DNA of 64,000 nt from a virus. Below the pieces are notes generated by a model. The model ran no database searches, was not told the DNA's origin, and saw only the letters and a program-made list of their open reading frames with translations. Positions 47,687 to 57,900 of the stretch are shown here, one piece after another; position 1 is the first letter of the stretch, and each line of letters starts with the position of its first letter. The stretch covers positions 30,272-94,271 of the IMG/VR virus record IMGVR_UViG_3300032116_000082. One strand, 5' to 3'. The position numbers and the translations under genes are program-made.

Positions 47687-49285
47687 TTACACGGGGTTGC
47701 TGTAGTTACGTTCCTGCGCAGGCGCGAGAAGAATAGACTGTCCTGCCGTACGCGTGATCACATGATCAACGGAAGCAAATTGACCGCCGGAGAGGCCGAT
47801 CCCGATGACCTTGACAGTCACGTTTCCTGCCGGAGACACCGTACGACCACCCTGCGTGTTTGAGTCGTAGTTGAACGTCCAGTTGATGGGCGAGCCGGTA
47901 TACGTGCCACTGATCGGGCTGCCATCCTTGTCGTTGACCAGCAGGGCGTTGGCCGTGCCGTAATTGCTGCTGTTCGGCGTCGTCGTGAAGAACATGCGGT
48001 AGATGAAATCGCCGCTCCCGGCAAACGAGCCAAAGTTGATCGTTCCAGCCGACACGAACGGATAGCGCCGAACCACCGCGTTAAAGTCATAGAAATCAAC
48101 GGCATTCAGGAAGTTGGCGCTCAGACCGCTAATGAACACGCCATTCGAGCCGACGAGTGTGTCACCAACGAACTGCAGAAGGGCGTCCGCCGTCTTACCC
48201 GTAACACTGCCAGCACCCGAATCGATGTCGCTATTCTGACGCAGCAGATACTGGATCTTCTCATAGATCTGCTGAGTCGTAGCAGCGCCACTACCATCGG
48301 TAATCACATACCGGTATGGCTCATCATTGGAGTCACCATCAACATCGAACAGCTGATCCGTGCCAAAATACTCCACAGAAATGGTGCTGTGAATCGACCC
48401 AACCGTTCCACCTGAGGTATACGAACCAGGATCTGACGCGATATTGATCGTGAAGGTGTCGGTGTCAACTGCCGTCACAACACCACCAACATTATACCCC
48501 GAGGGCGTCACACCCGTAATCGTGGCATACTGACCCGTAGAGAAGCCGTGCGCCGCCGTCGTATTGATCGTAGCGACACCGCTGGACCAGGAAGCCGAGG
48601 TCACCGCGACATTCTTGGTGATGAACGCGTCGCTGGAGCTAATCTTGAGGTCCGTGGCGTTCGACAGCGGGAACCGGTAAGTAATATACGTGAGCGTCGA
48701 GGCACCGATCGCGGTGTTGTTCGAGCTGGCGTATAGCTTCCCCTGCTCACGGCAGAACAGCTTGAAGCTATCCCCATCCGTAAAGTTGAAGTTGCCATTG
48801 GACGAATCGCCGAAAATCTGTACGGCCTCGTTTACCGGACCGGGATAGGCAAAGTTCGTCGCCGCACCCGTACCAAACTGGTAATAGGGCTGGTCCACGG
48901 CGCCAAGCGATCCAAGGGACACGACGCCAAGATACTGCCGCTCAACGGCACCTGCCGCCGATCGCTCAGCCCAACCGGCCGTACGAATCAGCTTACGGGT
49001 TGCATCATTCGCAGGCTTCCAGCCATTGATGAACTCGAACGATTCCGGCGTAATCGCTTCCATGGGGAACGGAAACTTGATGTACGTCGTATTAGACTTC
49101 CACTCCTCCTTCAGCCACGAATACAGCGTCTGGCCGGTAACCCCACCAGTCGCCCCCTCGTCAGCGACAACGCCGCTTGCATTGGTCGAGGCGTTATATG
49201 GGCGAATTTCGATGGTCTTTGCTGTGGTATTGACAACAACGTCAGTACCGTCGACCAACTGATCCGGATCAGAAATGATAGGCAT
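47687..49285 (-). CDS. Putative virion structural protein with an FCCH-like insert (532 aa)
   Basis: AAGGAG RBS; T/S/G-rich beta composition; TTAAHGFSTGQYATITGVTPSGYN insert. Confidence 0.7.
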   Translation of the reverse strand: MPIISDPDQLVDGTDVVVNTTAKTIEIRPYNASTNASGVVADEGATGGVTGQTLYSWLKEEWKSNTTYIKFPFPMEAITPESFEFINGWKPANDATRKLIRTAGWAERSAAGAVERQYLGVVSLGSLGAVDQPYYQFGTGAATNFAYPGPVNEAVQIFGDSSNGNFNFTDGDSFKLFCREQGKLYASSNNTAIGASTLTYITYRFPLSNATDLKISSSDAFITKNVAVTSASWSSGVATINTTAAHGFSTGQYATITGVTPSGYNVGGVVTAVDTDTFTINIASDPGSYTSGGTVGSIHSTISVEYFGTDQLFDVDGDSNDEPYRYVITDGSGAATTQQIYEKIQYLLRQNSDIDSGAGSVTGKTADALLQFVGDTLVGSNGVFISGLSANFLNAVDFYDFNAVVRRYPFVSAGTINFGSFAGSGDFIYRMFFTTTPNSSNYGTANALLVNDKDGSPISGTYTGSPINWTFNYDSNTQGGRTVSPAGNVTVKVIGIGLSGGQFASVDHVITRTAGQSILLAPAQERNYSNPV

Positions 49286-49289
49286 GGCG

Positions 49290-49484
49290 CTACTCCTTGA
49301 CTAACGTCATTTGGTAATTGGTGCTGATGACGACCAGTTCGGTACCGTCGGGGTTGCTAAAGGTCTTTTCGACGGCGACCACATCTCCGTCTGCGAACGT
49401 GATAATCTGACCGGGCTCCGCGCTCAGCAGCACCTCCCCGAGATGCTGATTGTCGGTGGTCTGGGTGATCCTATACATACGCAC
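49290..49484 (-). CDS. Small hypothetical protein (about 64 aa)
   Basis: Fills the gap in the operon, with matching codon usage. Confidence 0.6.
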   Translation of the reverse strand: MRMYRITQTTDNQHLGEVLLSAEPGQIITFADGDVVAVEKTFSNPDGTELVVISTNYQMTLVKE

Positions 49485-49502
49485 ACATACCCGTTCGAGA
49501 GG

Positions 49503-51755
49503 TTAATTTGGCGGGTTGAGATACACCCGATCCAATACCTGCTGAATCGGAAGCTCCCGGTTAGACGCGGAATACGTAAGTGGCAGAACAATGTCTTTGT
49601 AGCCAACCGCGAAGATCACGATGTAGCCGTCCTGACCAGATACCGACTGACTAAACTCAAAGCTTGTACTGCTGGACTCAACGCCAGCAATCTCGGTAGC
49701 CGTAGCAGGATCAGTACCTACATACGCGCGCACCTCGGATCCGGCCTTAAGTCCCGTGAGCGTCACGAGGGCAGACGCGTTGACGGTAACAGTAGCACCT
49801 GCCGTACGATATGTCGGAATGGTGCCCCCAGTAACGTTGATAACCACCGCTCCACTCGTAGCCGTGACATACACCGTCTCGTTTCCAGTAGAGCCGTTGC
49901 TAGCCGCGTACCCCGTAAACGTCAGATTACTGAAGGTATAGGTACCTGCCGACGGGATGATCATCGCGTGCCCGGTACCACCGCTCGTGAAAGAACAGCT
50001 TGAGATAACGTTTGGATTGCTTGCCGTAACCGTCGTATTGCTGAACGTGCAGTTCGAAATTGTCGCGCCGTTTTGCGTCATCGTGGCGCAGTCGGTAAAC
50101 GCCATGTTCGAGAACGTCGTCACCGGCTGCAGGGTCACCGTGGCACCGACCACGGAGGTACCGGCGAATGACCACGTGGCGGAGGCGGAGGCGGTGCCCC
50201 CGATGCGCCAGTAATACGGCGACGGGGACGTGAACACACAGTTCACAAACTTGCAGGTATCGCCCGCCTTGGCATCGAACTCAATTCCCAGGTGGCTCGC
50301 GTCGACGTGAAAGTCGAAGTAGTCAACACCGTCAGTGCGTTGCGGCCACTGGAAAGTACGAAGTCCCACATTGATATGGACTGGATCGCCACCGCCGATC
50401 GCGAGGCGCGTCCATACTGTCGCGGCAGCACCATTGCGGACGATAACCGGAATGTCACCGGAGCCGCGATTGACCGCGAAGACCAGGTCCGTGAACCCCA
50501 AAGGGACCGACGCCGTCCCCCCAGCCAGGACCGTTTCATTCAGCGCCCAGAGCTCCGACCACTCAAGAGCAGACGCGCCATAGTAGCCATTACCGCCGAC
50601 GAACAAGCGATTGACCGCGTTCGTCGCGAGCGTGCCCGTAGCATCCCACGTGGTGGTCTGCGTTTGACCCACCTGAATCGCAAAGTTCTGACGATTTGCC
50701 GGATCCGTCGATTCCGTGAACTGACCACCAAGAAGCCAGGCCTTATGGTTGTTAGAGGCATCGGCAAAGCGCAGGTAGATGCCCCCGTTGGACGGCTTCC
50801 CCATGTCGAGGTAGTCGCGAGGGACCTGGGGGCGCCACGTCCCGAAGACCACTCCGGAACCGAAGGTAAGGTCGCGAGCGGTCGCGAACGTCAGCTGCGT
50901 CGCCGAGATACCCGTCTTACTGTTGGTGGTTGTGTGACGCATCGCGGCGCGGAACGGGTTGTAGCCCGAGTCGGCGGCGGCCGCACCCGTCACACCCGAC
51001 ACCGTCTTGCCTGCGAGCGTCAACAACTGCGTCGCGTTGCCGTTCTGCCAGGTGCCCTGATCTGCATTCGGCTCAAAGGCCATCGCGGCGATAACCTGCG
51101 CTGGGATCGTCGCTCGGTCCACGTACGGGTCGATCTCTTCGTTCGTCCCGCTATCCCGCACGGCCAGAAGCACCGACCGCGAGTCGTCCTGCGCAGCGGC
51201 CCAGTACCCAGGGTGGGTCAGGGCCGCCGCCGTGCGCTGGAAGGTGTACGAAAGCCCCAACGAGTTCGCACCCGCGTCGCCGCCGAACAGTGTCACCCAG
51301 CCAGGCAACGAGGAGGGCCCGATGCCGCTGTCAGTGGAGAGCATGCCCAGAACGAGGCAGTTGTTGTGCAACGGCGTGATCGTGCCGCCACTCAGTGGCA
51401 ACGTCCCATCGTCCGCCGCCGCCGACGCGGTGGCGCTAATCGCGTCCGTTATCGTGGTGCCAAAGACGTTCTTGACCGAGACCACCACGGAGACCGAGGT
51501 CTCTGAGGTGTAGCTCAGCGTGACGGCCTCCGCACTACTGACGGCCTTCTTCCCGAAGACCGTGGCGTTCGCGCCTGCACTGTTAACGCTGGCCAGCTGC
51601 GTCCAACCCGTGGGCAACGTCGGACCACCGGCTGCGGTATCTTTGTTGAAAAAGATCAGCAGCAGGTCTCCGGTCTGATGCGCTGGCATCTCTAACACCG
51701 ACGATGCCACCGCCACAGACTCTACGGTGATCGCATAATCTCGGATCTTGGGCAC
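49503..51755 (-). CDS. Putative virion appendage protein with a beta-helix-like region (750 aa)
   Basis: HQTGDLLLIF...LPTGWTQL N-domain; repeats FSNMAFTDC, ISNCTF, ISSCSF, FSNLTF. Confidence 0.65.
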   Translation of the reverse strand: MPKIRDYAITVESVAVASSVLEMPAHQTGDLLLIFFNKDTAAGGPTLPTGWTQLASVNSAGANATVFGKKAVSSAEAVTLSYTSETSVSVVVSVKNVFGTTITDAISATASAAADDGTLPLSGGTITPLHNNCLVLGMLSTDSGIGPSSLPGWVTLFGGDAGANSLGLSYTFQRTAAALTHPGYWAAAQDDSRSVLLAVRDSGTNEEIDPYVDRATIPAQVIAAMAFEPNADQGTWQNGNATQLLTLAGKTVSGVTGAAAADSGYNPFRAAMRHTTTNSKTGISATQLTFATARDLTFGSGVVFGTWRPQVPRDYLDMGKPSNGGIYLRFADASNNHKAWLLGGQFTESTDPANRQNFAIQVGQTQTTTWDATGTLATNAVNRLFVGGNGYYGASALEWSELWALNETVLAGGTASVPLGFTDLVFAVNRGSGDIPVIVRNGAAATVWTRLAIGGGDPVHINVGLRTFQWPQRTDGVDYFDFHVDASHLGIEFDAKAGDTCKFVNCVFTSPSPYYWRIGGTASASATWSFAGTSVVGATVTLQPVTTFSNMAFTDCATMTQNGATISNCTFSNTTVTASNPNVISSCSFTSGGTGHAMIIPSAGTYTFSNLTFTGYAASNGSTGNETVYVTATSGAVVINVTGGTIPTYRTAGATVTVNASALVTLTGLKAGSEVRAYVGTDPATATEIAGVESSSTSFEFSQSVSGQDGYIVIFAVGYKDIVLPLTYSASNRELPIQQVLDRVYLNPPN

Positions 51756-51758
51756 GGA

Positions 51759-52166
51759 TTACAGAGCAAAAATCTTGTTGGGTCCGTTATCGAACCGCAC
51801 TTCAGCCGCACCGCCGTTCGCCAAAAACGGTAACCCGGCAACATCATCCAAATACGCGATCAATGGAGAGGTCGCTGGTGACCCGGTATCCAGATACAAC
51901 ACCAAGGCCTCGACGGTTGTACCGGCGGGAAGAACGGCAGGAAATATCACATCGTCGGCGTCAAAGACACCGTTGGTCACACTTTTATTGACCAAAACCT
52001 GCGGAGAACTTACAACGGCAGATTGAACCGCCGAGTAGTGTCCGTGTGTGGCGCTGTAGGTATATGCCGCAGAATCAACCAGAGCGATCTTGACCGCTCC
52101 GGTCAGCAAGTTGGCTCCTCCCTGCAGGAGAAGCTCCTTGAACTCCGGGTACAACGTATTGGCCAT
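51759..52166 (-). CDS. Putative virion structural protein (135 aa)
   Basis: MANTLY...VKIALV...GVFDADDV.F...SPLIAYLD...NGG...IFAL, a pattern typical of small phage structural proteins. Confidence 0.65.
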   Translation of the reverse strand: MANTLYPEFKELLLQGGANLLTGAVKIALVDSAAYTYSATHGHYSAVQSAVVSSPQVLVNKSVTNGVFDADDVIFPAVLPAGTTVEALVLYLDTGSPATSPLIAYLDDVAGLPFLANGGAAEVRFDNGPNKIFAL

Positions 52167-52168
52167 GG

Positions 52169-52756
52169 TCAGTACCCCACCATCAGCGCAACAACATCAT
52201 AGGTGTTGCTGGCCGAGCGATATAGAATTCCAATGCGGTCCAGCTTGTCAGGGGCAGTACTAAGCTGAATCGACGGAATGATGAGGGAATACCGCAGGTT
52301 TGCTGGCCAAGTCACGGCGTGCCCTCCCGTGGATCCCTGGGTCAACTCAAGAATCAGCCGCTGGTCATTTGTTGCCCCAGTAAAAGCGAACGTCGTAGGA
52401 CCCTGAAGAGTGACCCGTACGACGTCGACCGTTGCCCAATCCACCGTCATGGTACTCGTCCACGGCAAGACGCTGCTCCGTAGCGGGCCCAGGCCGCCAG
52501 GAGGGCCCGGTACACCCACAGTCACCACCTGGACAATCGGCTCCTCTACCAGGACCGTCTGCCGTACCGTCTGACCATCGTCAATTAGGAGCCGCTCGAG
52601 ATCGTCCCCGGTCGTTACAAGGATCCCGTCAGCACCCTGTTCCGAGATTGTCAGCTGCTGGAGTTCCGGACTGGTCAGAGCCAAGTTCGCGGCAAGCTCC
52701 GGCGTCGCGTCAATGACGACCGTCTGCGTAGTCACCGCAGTATTGACCTTAGTCAC
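52169..52756 (-). CDS. Putative fibre-associated protein (195 aa)
   Basis: Short GVPGPPG collagen-like stretch; C-terminal LELTQGSTGGHAVTWP...LST...DRIG domain. Confidence 0.6.
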   Translation of the reverse strand: MTKVNTAVTTQTVVIDATPELAANLALTSPELQQLTISEQGADGILVTTGDDLERLLIDDGQTVRQTVLVEEPIVQVVTVGVPGPPGGLGPLRSSVLPWTSTMTVDWATVDVVRVTLQGPTTFAFTGATNDQRLILELTQGSTGGHAVTWPANLRYSLIIPSIQLSTAPDKLDRIGILYRSASNTYDVVALMVGY

Positions 52757-53103
52757 CGAGTCACCTCCGGCTTCACGGTGAAGCTGCCCTCGATCAGACG
52801 GGTCACCACTCCACTACCAGAAACGAGCTCGAGATCATACACACACGGCTTGGTAGGCAGCGCCGCAGTCTGCTCGGCGGTCAGGGTCATCACAATTTTG
52901 CCCGTGGTTGGGTATAGAACAACCCGACCATTCGCCGTTGTCAGCTCAATGACCGTAGTTGCCGACTTGATCGTCTGACGGACGTGCATCCGCGCCGAGT
53001 ACCCGGTCAAATTCACGGGTTGCTCGGTCGCATCCGTCCAGGTCAGCTCCCGGATGAACGTCGCGCCCTGCTCACACACGATATCGTAACGCCCAGCGGC
53101 CAT
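52753..53103 (-). CDS. Beta-sandwich fibre-attachment protein (LtfC/BppU-like, 116 aa)
   Basis: QGATF...W...PVNLTGYSARMHVR...LTAEQTAAL...YDLELV...RLIEG; GGAGG RBS. Confidence 0.7.
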   Translation of the reverse strand: MAAGRYDIVCEQGATFIRELTWTDATEQPVNLTGYSARMHVRQTIKSATTVIELTTANGRVVLYPTTGKIVMTLTAEQTAALPTKPCVYDLELVSGSGVVTRLIEGSFTVKPEVTR

Positions 53104-53169
53104 GACGGACCCTCCAATTGCGGCAATAGCCAGGCACTGGTGGCACTAGCCACGACAGGGCCTGGCTAC

Positions 53170-53201
53170 AATAAGTCGCTGTAACGCTGGGAAATACGAA
53201 G
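53170..53201 (-). promoter_or_regulatory. Putative phage late promoter D
   Basis: Minus strand CTTCG-tatttcccagcgttacag(18)-CGACTTATT. Confidence 0.7.
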
Positions 53202-53212
53202 CCCGAATCAGA

Positions 53213-53497
53213 TCACGGCTGCGGTACCGGCGGAGGCCCTGACACCGCGAACTCATAGAAGAACTTGATGTCCGCCGCCGGTATGCCCGTCTTGATCGCC
53301 AAAGCCTGACGAAGATCCTCGTTCGTCCACGCGGGGTTATCGCTCAAGTCGACCTGTTCACTCACGATGATCGGGTTATCGACCAGATGCACCCCGAAAT
53401 ACGCCGTGGCGGGGGTTAGACACCGACACTCGATCATCCCGGTTTGATAGCTGATCGTGGCCGAAAATACCTGCAACGCAGGAAAGCTTCCTGGCAT
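53213..53497 (-). CDS. Hypothetical protein (94 aa)
   Basis: AAGGAG RBS; last gene of the fibre operon. Confidence 0.7.
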   Translation of the reverse strand: MPGSFPALQVFSATISYQTGMIECRCLTPATAYFGVHLVDNPIIVSEQVDLSDNPAWTNEDLRQALAIKTGIPAADIKFFYEFAVSGPPPVPQP

Positions 53498-53517
53498 ACC
53501 GACTCCTTTTCTATGGA

Positions 53518-54543
53518 CTAATACACTTCAATCTTAACCCGTCCCGCGCCTCCCTGCCCTCCATTCCAATATTGATCTCCATTCGTACCGGTACCACCCC
53601 CAGAACCACCAGCCCCAGGCGCACCACCCGTTCCAGCAACTGTGTAGTTACCTATCCCACCCGACGCACTGAATCCTTGAAAGACAGTGCGATCTGCGCC
53701 GTTGCCGCCCAAAAACTGAATTGACTTATAAGAGTAACTTGGATTGATGGTCACAGGTACCATACTACCCGCGCCTCCATTAGAGAAGCTTGTAGTACCA
53801 GGCCACAAACGAGGGCCTGAAATAGCCTTTCCGGTCGCGGTTGTACCTACACTAGGACGGGTTTCCGTATACTGACACCCTTCATATAACACTTCCGTAT
53901 TTGTATACCAACCCGAAGGCCAACCCCCCGACGCACTTATATATACTGAATAGTCATTGTATGCCTGTTGAAGCTCCTCGTTCCACAGCTCTTCTAAAAT
54001 GTAGACCTGCGATGTACCACCAATATATCCGTTTGGCGGTACAGAATTAACCGAACCGCCAGAGCCCCCAGCGCCAACAATAATCGTCAAGGGACCGGCG
54101 TTATGCAAACCGCTTGCCTGATAGTCGCCGACAGCCGCTACTCCCGCACCTGCACCGTACGCGGGCTGTATCCAGCCAACATTATAAAAATTTCCATCAC
54201 ACGACTCGTTGTAGTCGTAGTAATACGATCCTGCGCCACCACCGCCGCCACCAATAACAAATATACGTAGCAAAGTCGCTCCCGCTGGTACCGTATACGA
54301 ATATGTCCCTGGCGTACTCCACGTCTGCGTGGCCAGCAACGGAGGCGTTGCGGAGTGGTTGTACCCACGCCACTCGCTCATGGCGTGCGGCGCGGATACG
54401 TTCGGTCGAATCGTCGAGTTCGTATTAATGTTTGTGTAATTTCCAACACTAGCGCTCATGAGACTAATCGACGCCGAGGCCGAACGACCAAGCTCGGTGT
54501 TGATTTGGCTCATGGACAACGAACCAGACGACGGGAGTGCCAT
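53518..54543 (-). CDS. Glycine-rich adhesin/receptor-binding tip protein (341 aa)
   Basis: MALPSSGSLSMSQINTELG N-domain; TPGTYSYTVPAG...IGGGGGG...IIVGAGG...GGAGRVKIEVY Gly-rich domain; visibly AT-richer DNA. Confidence 0.75.
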   Translation of the reverse strand: MALPSSGSLSMSQINTELGRSASASISLMSASVGNYTNINTNSTIRPNVSAPHAMSEWRGYNHSATPPLLATQTWSTPGTYSYTVPAGATLLRIFVIGGGGGGAGSYYYDYNESCDGNFYNVGWIQPAYGAGAGVAAVGDYQASGLHNAGPLTIIVGAGGSGGSVNSVPPNGYIGGTSQVYILEELWNEELQQAYNDYSVYISASGGWPSGWYTNTEVLYEGCQYTETRPSVGTTATGKAISGPRLWPGTTSFSNGGAGSMVPVTINPSYSYKSIQFLGGNGADRTVFQGFSASGGIGNYTVAGTGGAPGAGGSGGGTGTNGDQYWNGGQGGAGRVKIEVY

Positions 54544-54553
54544 AGGTCAGCCC

Positions 54554-54925
54554 TTAGTTGGTCGCAGGTGCCGGTTCAGGAGCCGTAGGCTCAGGAGCCA
54601 CGGGCTCAGGGGCCCACGGCAGCGGCTTTGGCGTCAGGGCGAGCTTCTCGAGCTCCTTCGCCACCACGTAGGCGACATGCGCCCGCACGTTGTCCAGCGA
54701 GGAATCCGCCTCAACCCATGACACAAGCTGCGCCTCCGTCAGATCCGCAAAGTCCGTGAAATCGTCCGGATCCGCCGCGTCGAACTTGACCGTAGCCGGA
54801 AGCTCAAACGTCGCAGTGCCGTCCACACCCTTCACGACGACATCGAGTTCCTTGACCACGTCCGCGAGATCGTCCTGGGTACCAACCCGAGCCCCGGTTA
54901 CCGTGTAGCTGAATGTAATCGCCAT
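54554..54925 (-). CDS. Fibre-associated small protein (123 aa)
   Basis: Start at MAITFSYTV (GGAGGA RBS); FTDFADLTEAQLVSWVE...LPW motif. Confidence 0.7.
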   Translation of the reverse strand: MAITFSYTVTGARVGTQDDLADVVKELDVVVKGVDGTATFELPATVKFDAADPDDFTDFADLTEAQLVSWVEADSSLDNVRAHVAYVVAKELEKLALTPKPLPWAPEPVAPEPTAPEPAPATN

Positions 54926-54935
54926 ACGTCCTCCC

Positions 54936-57900
54936 CTACTGGTTGAGTAGCGCAGCAACCTGCGCCTTGAGTGTGTCAATCTGCTCTTGCTGTTCCTTGA
55001 TCGCCTCGATGAGCAGAGGCACAAGACGATCGTACTTCACGGTCAAGTAGTTCTCCCCAGACTTGCTGGAGATCTCGCCAGTCTCCGGATCCGTATGGAA
55101 GTCCACCGGGGCCAAGGTGACCGCTTCCGGCAACACCGCCTGGACCTCCTGCGCCGAGAGACCCACCTGCTGCTTGTCGTTCTGATACCCCAGCGACTTG
55201 GCCAGGGCGTTCTCCACGTACAGGAACCCGCTCAGCTGCTTGACCTTGGCAACCGGCGACGCGATCGCACCAACCCGCGTCTTGAGCCGCTCGTCCGAGT
55301 AGTACGCGGTGATGTCTCCAGTGGCTGCGATCTGGTTCGCAACGTAGAACGCCTTCGCGTTGTATACTCGAACCCAGGTGCCGTCCTCCATGTAGACACC
55401 ACCGCCCCACTGGTTACTATACCAACCCGTGTTGCCAGTTGATCGGAACCAATCGCTGGCGTTCCAGGACGCGGCATATACGTAATCGTTGGACGGGTTG
55501 AGGTAGACCTCTGCCGTGCCGTAGACCGAGTTGCCAGAGCCCCACAGCATCTGGTAGTTGGCGTTGGAGTTGTTGCTATAGTTGATGGTGACCTGGCTAG
55601 CCGTCGTAGCACTAGACGCCGTCGTAGCGCTAGTCGCCGTCGCGGCGTTACCGGTAATGTTGATGCCCCACGTACCAGAGGCTCCAGAGCCGGTCAGCGA
55701 CGGTGCGTAGCTGGTGTAATTGCTGGTCGTGATAGCGCCGATGGCCGATGCGACCGCTTGCGGCGTGTAACTCCGAATGTAGTAATCGCTGGAGTTGAAC
55801 CCTGCAAAGTACGCCAGCCCAGAAGCGTTTCGTTCCGCCCCACCACCACTGGTGTAGAAGTAATTGTTCGCGATATATCCATTACTGTCGCGCTGAACGA
55901 TCGTGTTCGCGCCACTCGACGCATTCTGCGTATACCCGTTCAGCGACCCAGCGGAACCTGTAACGTTAATACTCCACGTACCAGAGGCCCCAGATCCAGT
56001 CAGGCTCGGGCTGTACGAGGTGTAATTACCAGAGTGCAGAACTGTTCGCCACGCGGTAAATGTTGCCCCGGAAGTATGCCACCCGCGGAACCACAAATTG
56101 TCATTTTGGTAACCACCATAGATCTGCAAACCGGTATCGATACCGCGGGCAACGATCAACTGCCCATAACTACCGCCTGGCGAATTGGTCGGTGTAGCTT
56201 CGGCGTTGAAGAATCCAGTGGACAGGATAGAATTGAAATCCGTAGTAAACCGAGTGCCTTCTTGTGACGACGGCAGCGTCGGCTTGCTAGTCACATTGGA
56301 CCAGGCGACAGAGCCTGCACTGCCCGTCACATTGATCGACCAAGTCCCAGAGGCGCCGCTGCCAGTCAGCGATGGGCTGTAAGACGTGTAGTTTCCAGCG
56401 TGCAGGACCTGATTGCTGTCTTGCTTGAGTGCGCCAACTGACACGTTTACGTCGCTGCCAGTAAACACCAGCGTGGCGCTTCCGCCGCGAATGTTCAACG
56501 GCTGATAGGTGCTGGTGCTCCGGTTGTACGAGAGGACGTATCCCGAAGCACCGGAAAAGCCGACTTCTAGCGCCGAGCCCGTATTGCCCGCGCCGTCCGT
56601 GTACCAGCCGCTGAATCGCCCCTGCCCAGACGAGGCGATGTCGGCGCTGAAGGACCGCTGCGAGGTCGTGGCGGCATTCCCCGTGATATTGATGCCCCAC
56701 GTGCCAGACGCACCTGAGCCAGTCAGCGTCGGACTATATGACGTGTAGTTACCGGCGTGCAGAACTTGATTGCCGCTCTGCTGCAAGGCCACCTTGCTAT
56801 TGACGGCGCTGCTGCTCAACTCCAGCCAGTTGTTATTATAAGCGGGCCCTATCCAGAGAATAGACAGCGCGTCCGCACCACCGTTAGCTCCAAACCCACC
56901 GCGGTTCGTGCCTGACGAACCAAGGAAGTACAGACCAGTCGCCCAGCCGCCAGTGTCGCCCTTTATGGAGATCAGGCCGTTGGCCGTATCAACAACAATT
57001 GGTCGCGCACCTGTAAAGGTGTCTCCGGCCTTGTTTACCGGGGTATACCCAAGGGCGGTCGTCACCATGCCAGACGTGATGCCCGTGATATACCCGCTGG
57101 GATTCGTGCTGTTGTATGGGGTGTACCCGAGCGCAGTCGTGACCTGGCCAGAGGTAATGCTGGAGACAGTCGCAGCATTACCCGTAATGCTGATGCCCCA
57201 CGTCCCAGAAGCTCCGGAGCCGGTCAGACTTGGGCTGTAGGACGTATAGTTGCTGCTATCAAGTACAGTCCGCCACGCGGTCCACGAGCCAGTCCCGCCG
57301 ACATTACTAGGATTGCCGGACCGCGTGTAGAGCGTGCCTGTAGAGTAGCTGCCATAGATCTGGGTGATCGTATCCGAGCCGCCATAGATGACAAGCAGCT
57401 GCCCATAGTCCGACGGACGATTCGCTTCCGTGTTCTGAACGCGGTAGAACCCCGAGGTGGTCAGGGTGTTGAGATCAACACCACCAGTGGAGCCGCGAGC
57501 GATGTTCGACACCGTCCCCGCATTCCCCGTGATGTTGATGCCCCAGTTGCCAGATGCGCCGGAACCCGTCAGCGACGGTGCATAGCTATTGTAGTTCGAG
57601 CTATCCAGCTGCGTACGCCAGGCAGACCAGCTGGAATTGTACGCACGCGTGAACGTCTGGCCGGAAGACAGATGTGTCGCAAGCTGACCAACGACATTGC
57701 TCTCGTTACCGTACGTAACAATGGCATAATGCTCATTAGTCGGATTGTTTGCATTCGGATCAAACCGATACGCGCTGCTGACAAAGTTAGTATTGGGATT
57801 TGTCTGGCTGCTCGATGAGCGCAACATAAACCCAGTATATCCGGAAGTGATATATCCGCTGGGATTCGTGCTGTTATACGGCGTATACCCGAGGGCCGTC

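Noticed and set aside
53518-54543. Diversity-generating retroelement target
   Set aside because: No reverse transcriptase and no template/variable repeat pair differing at adenines was seen in the window.
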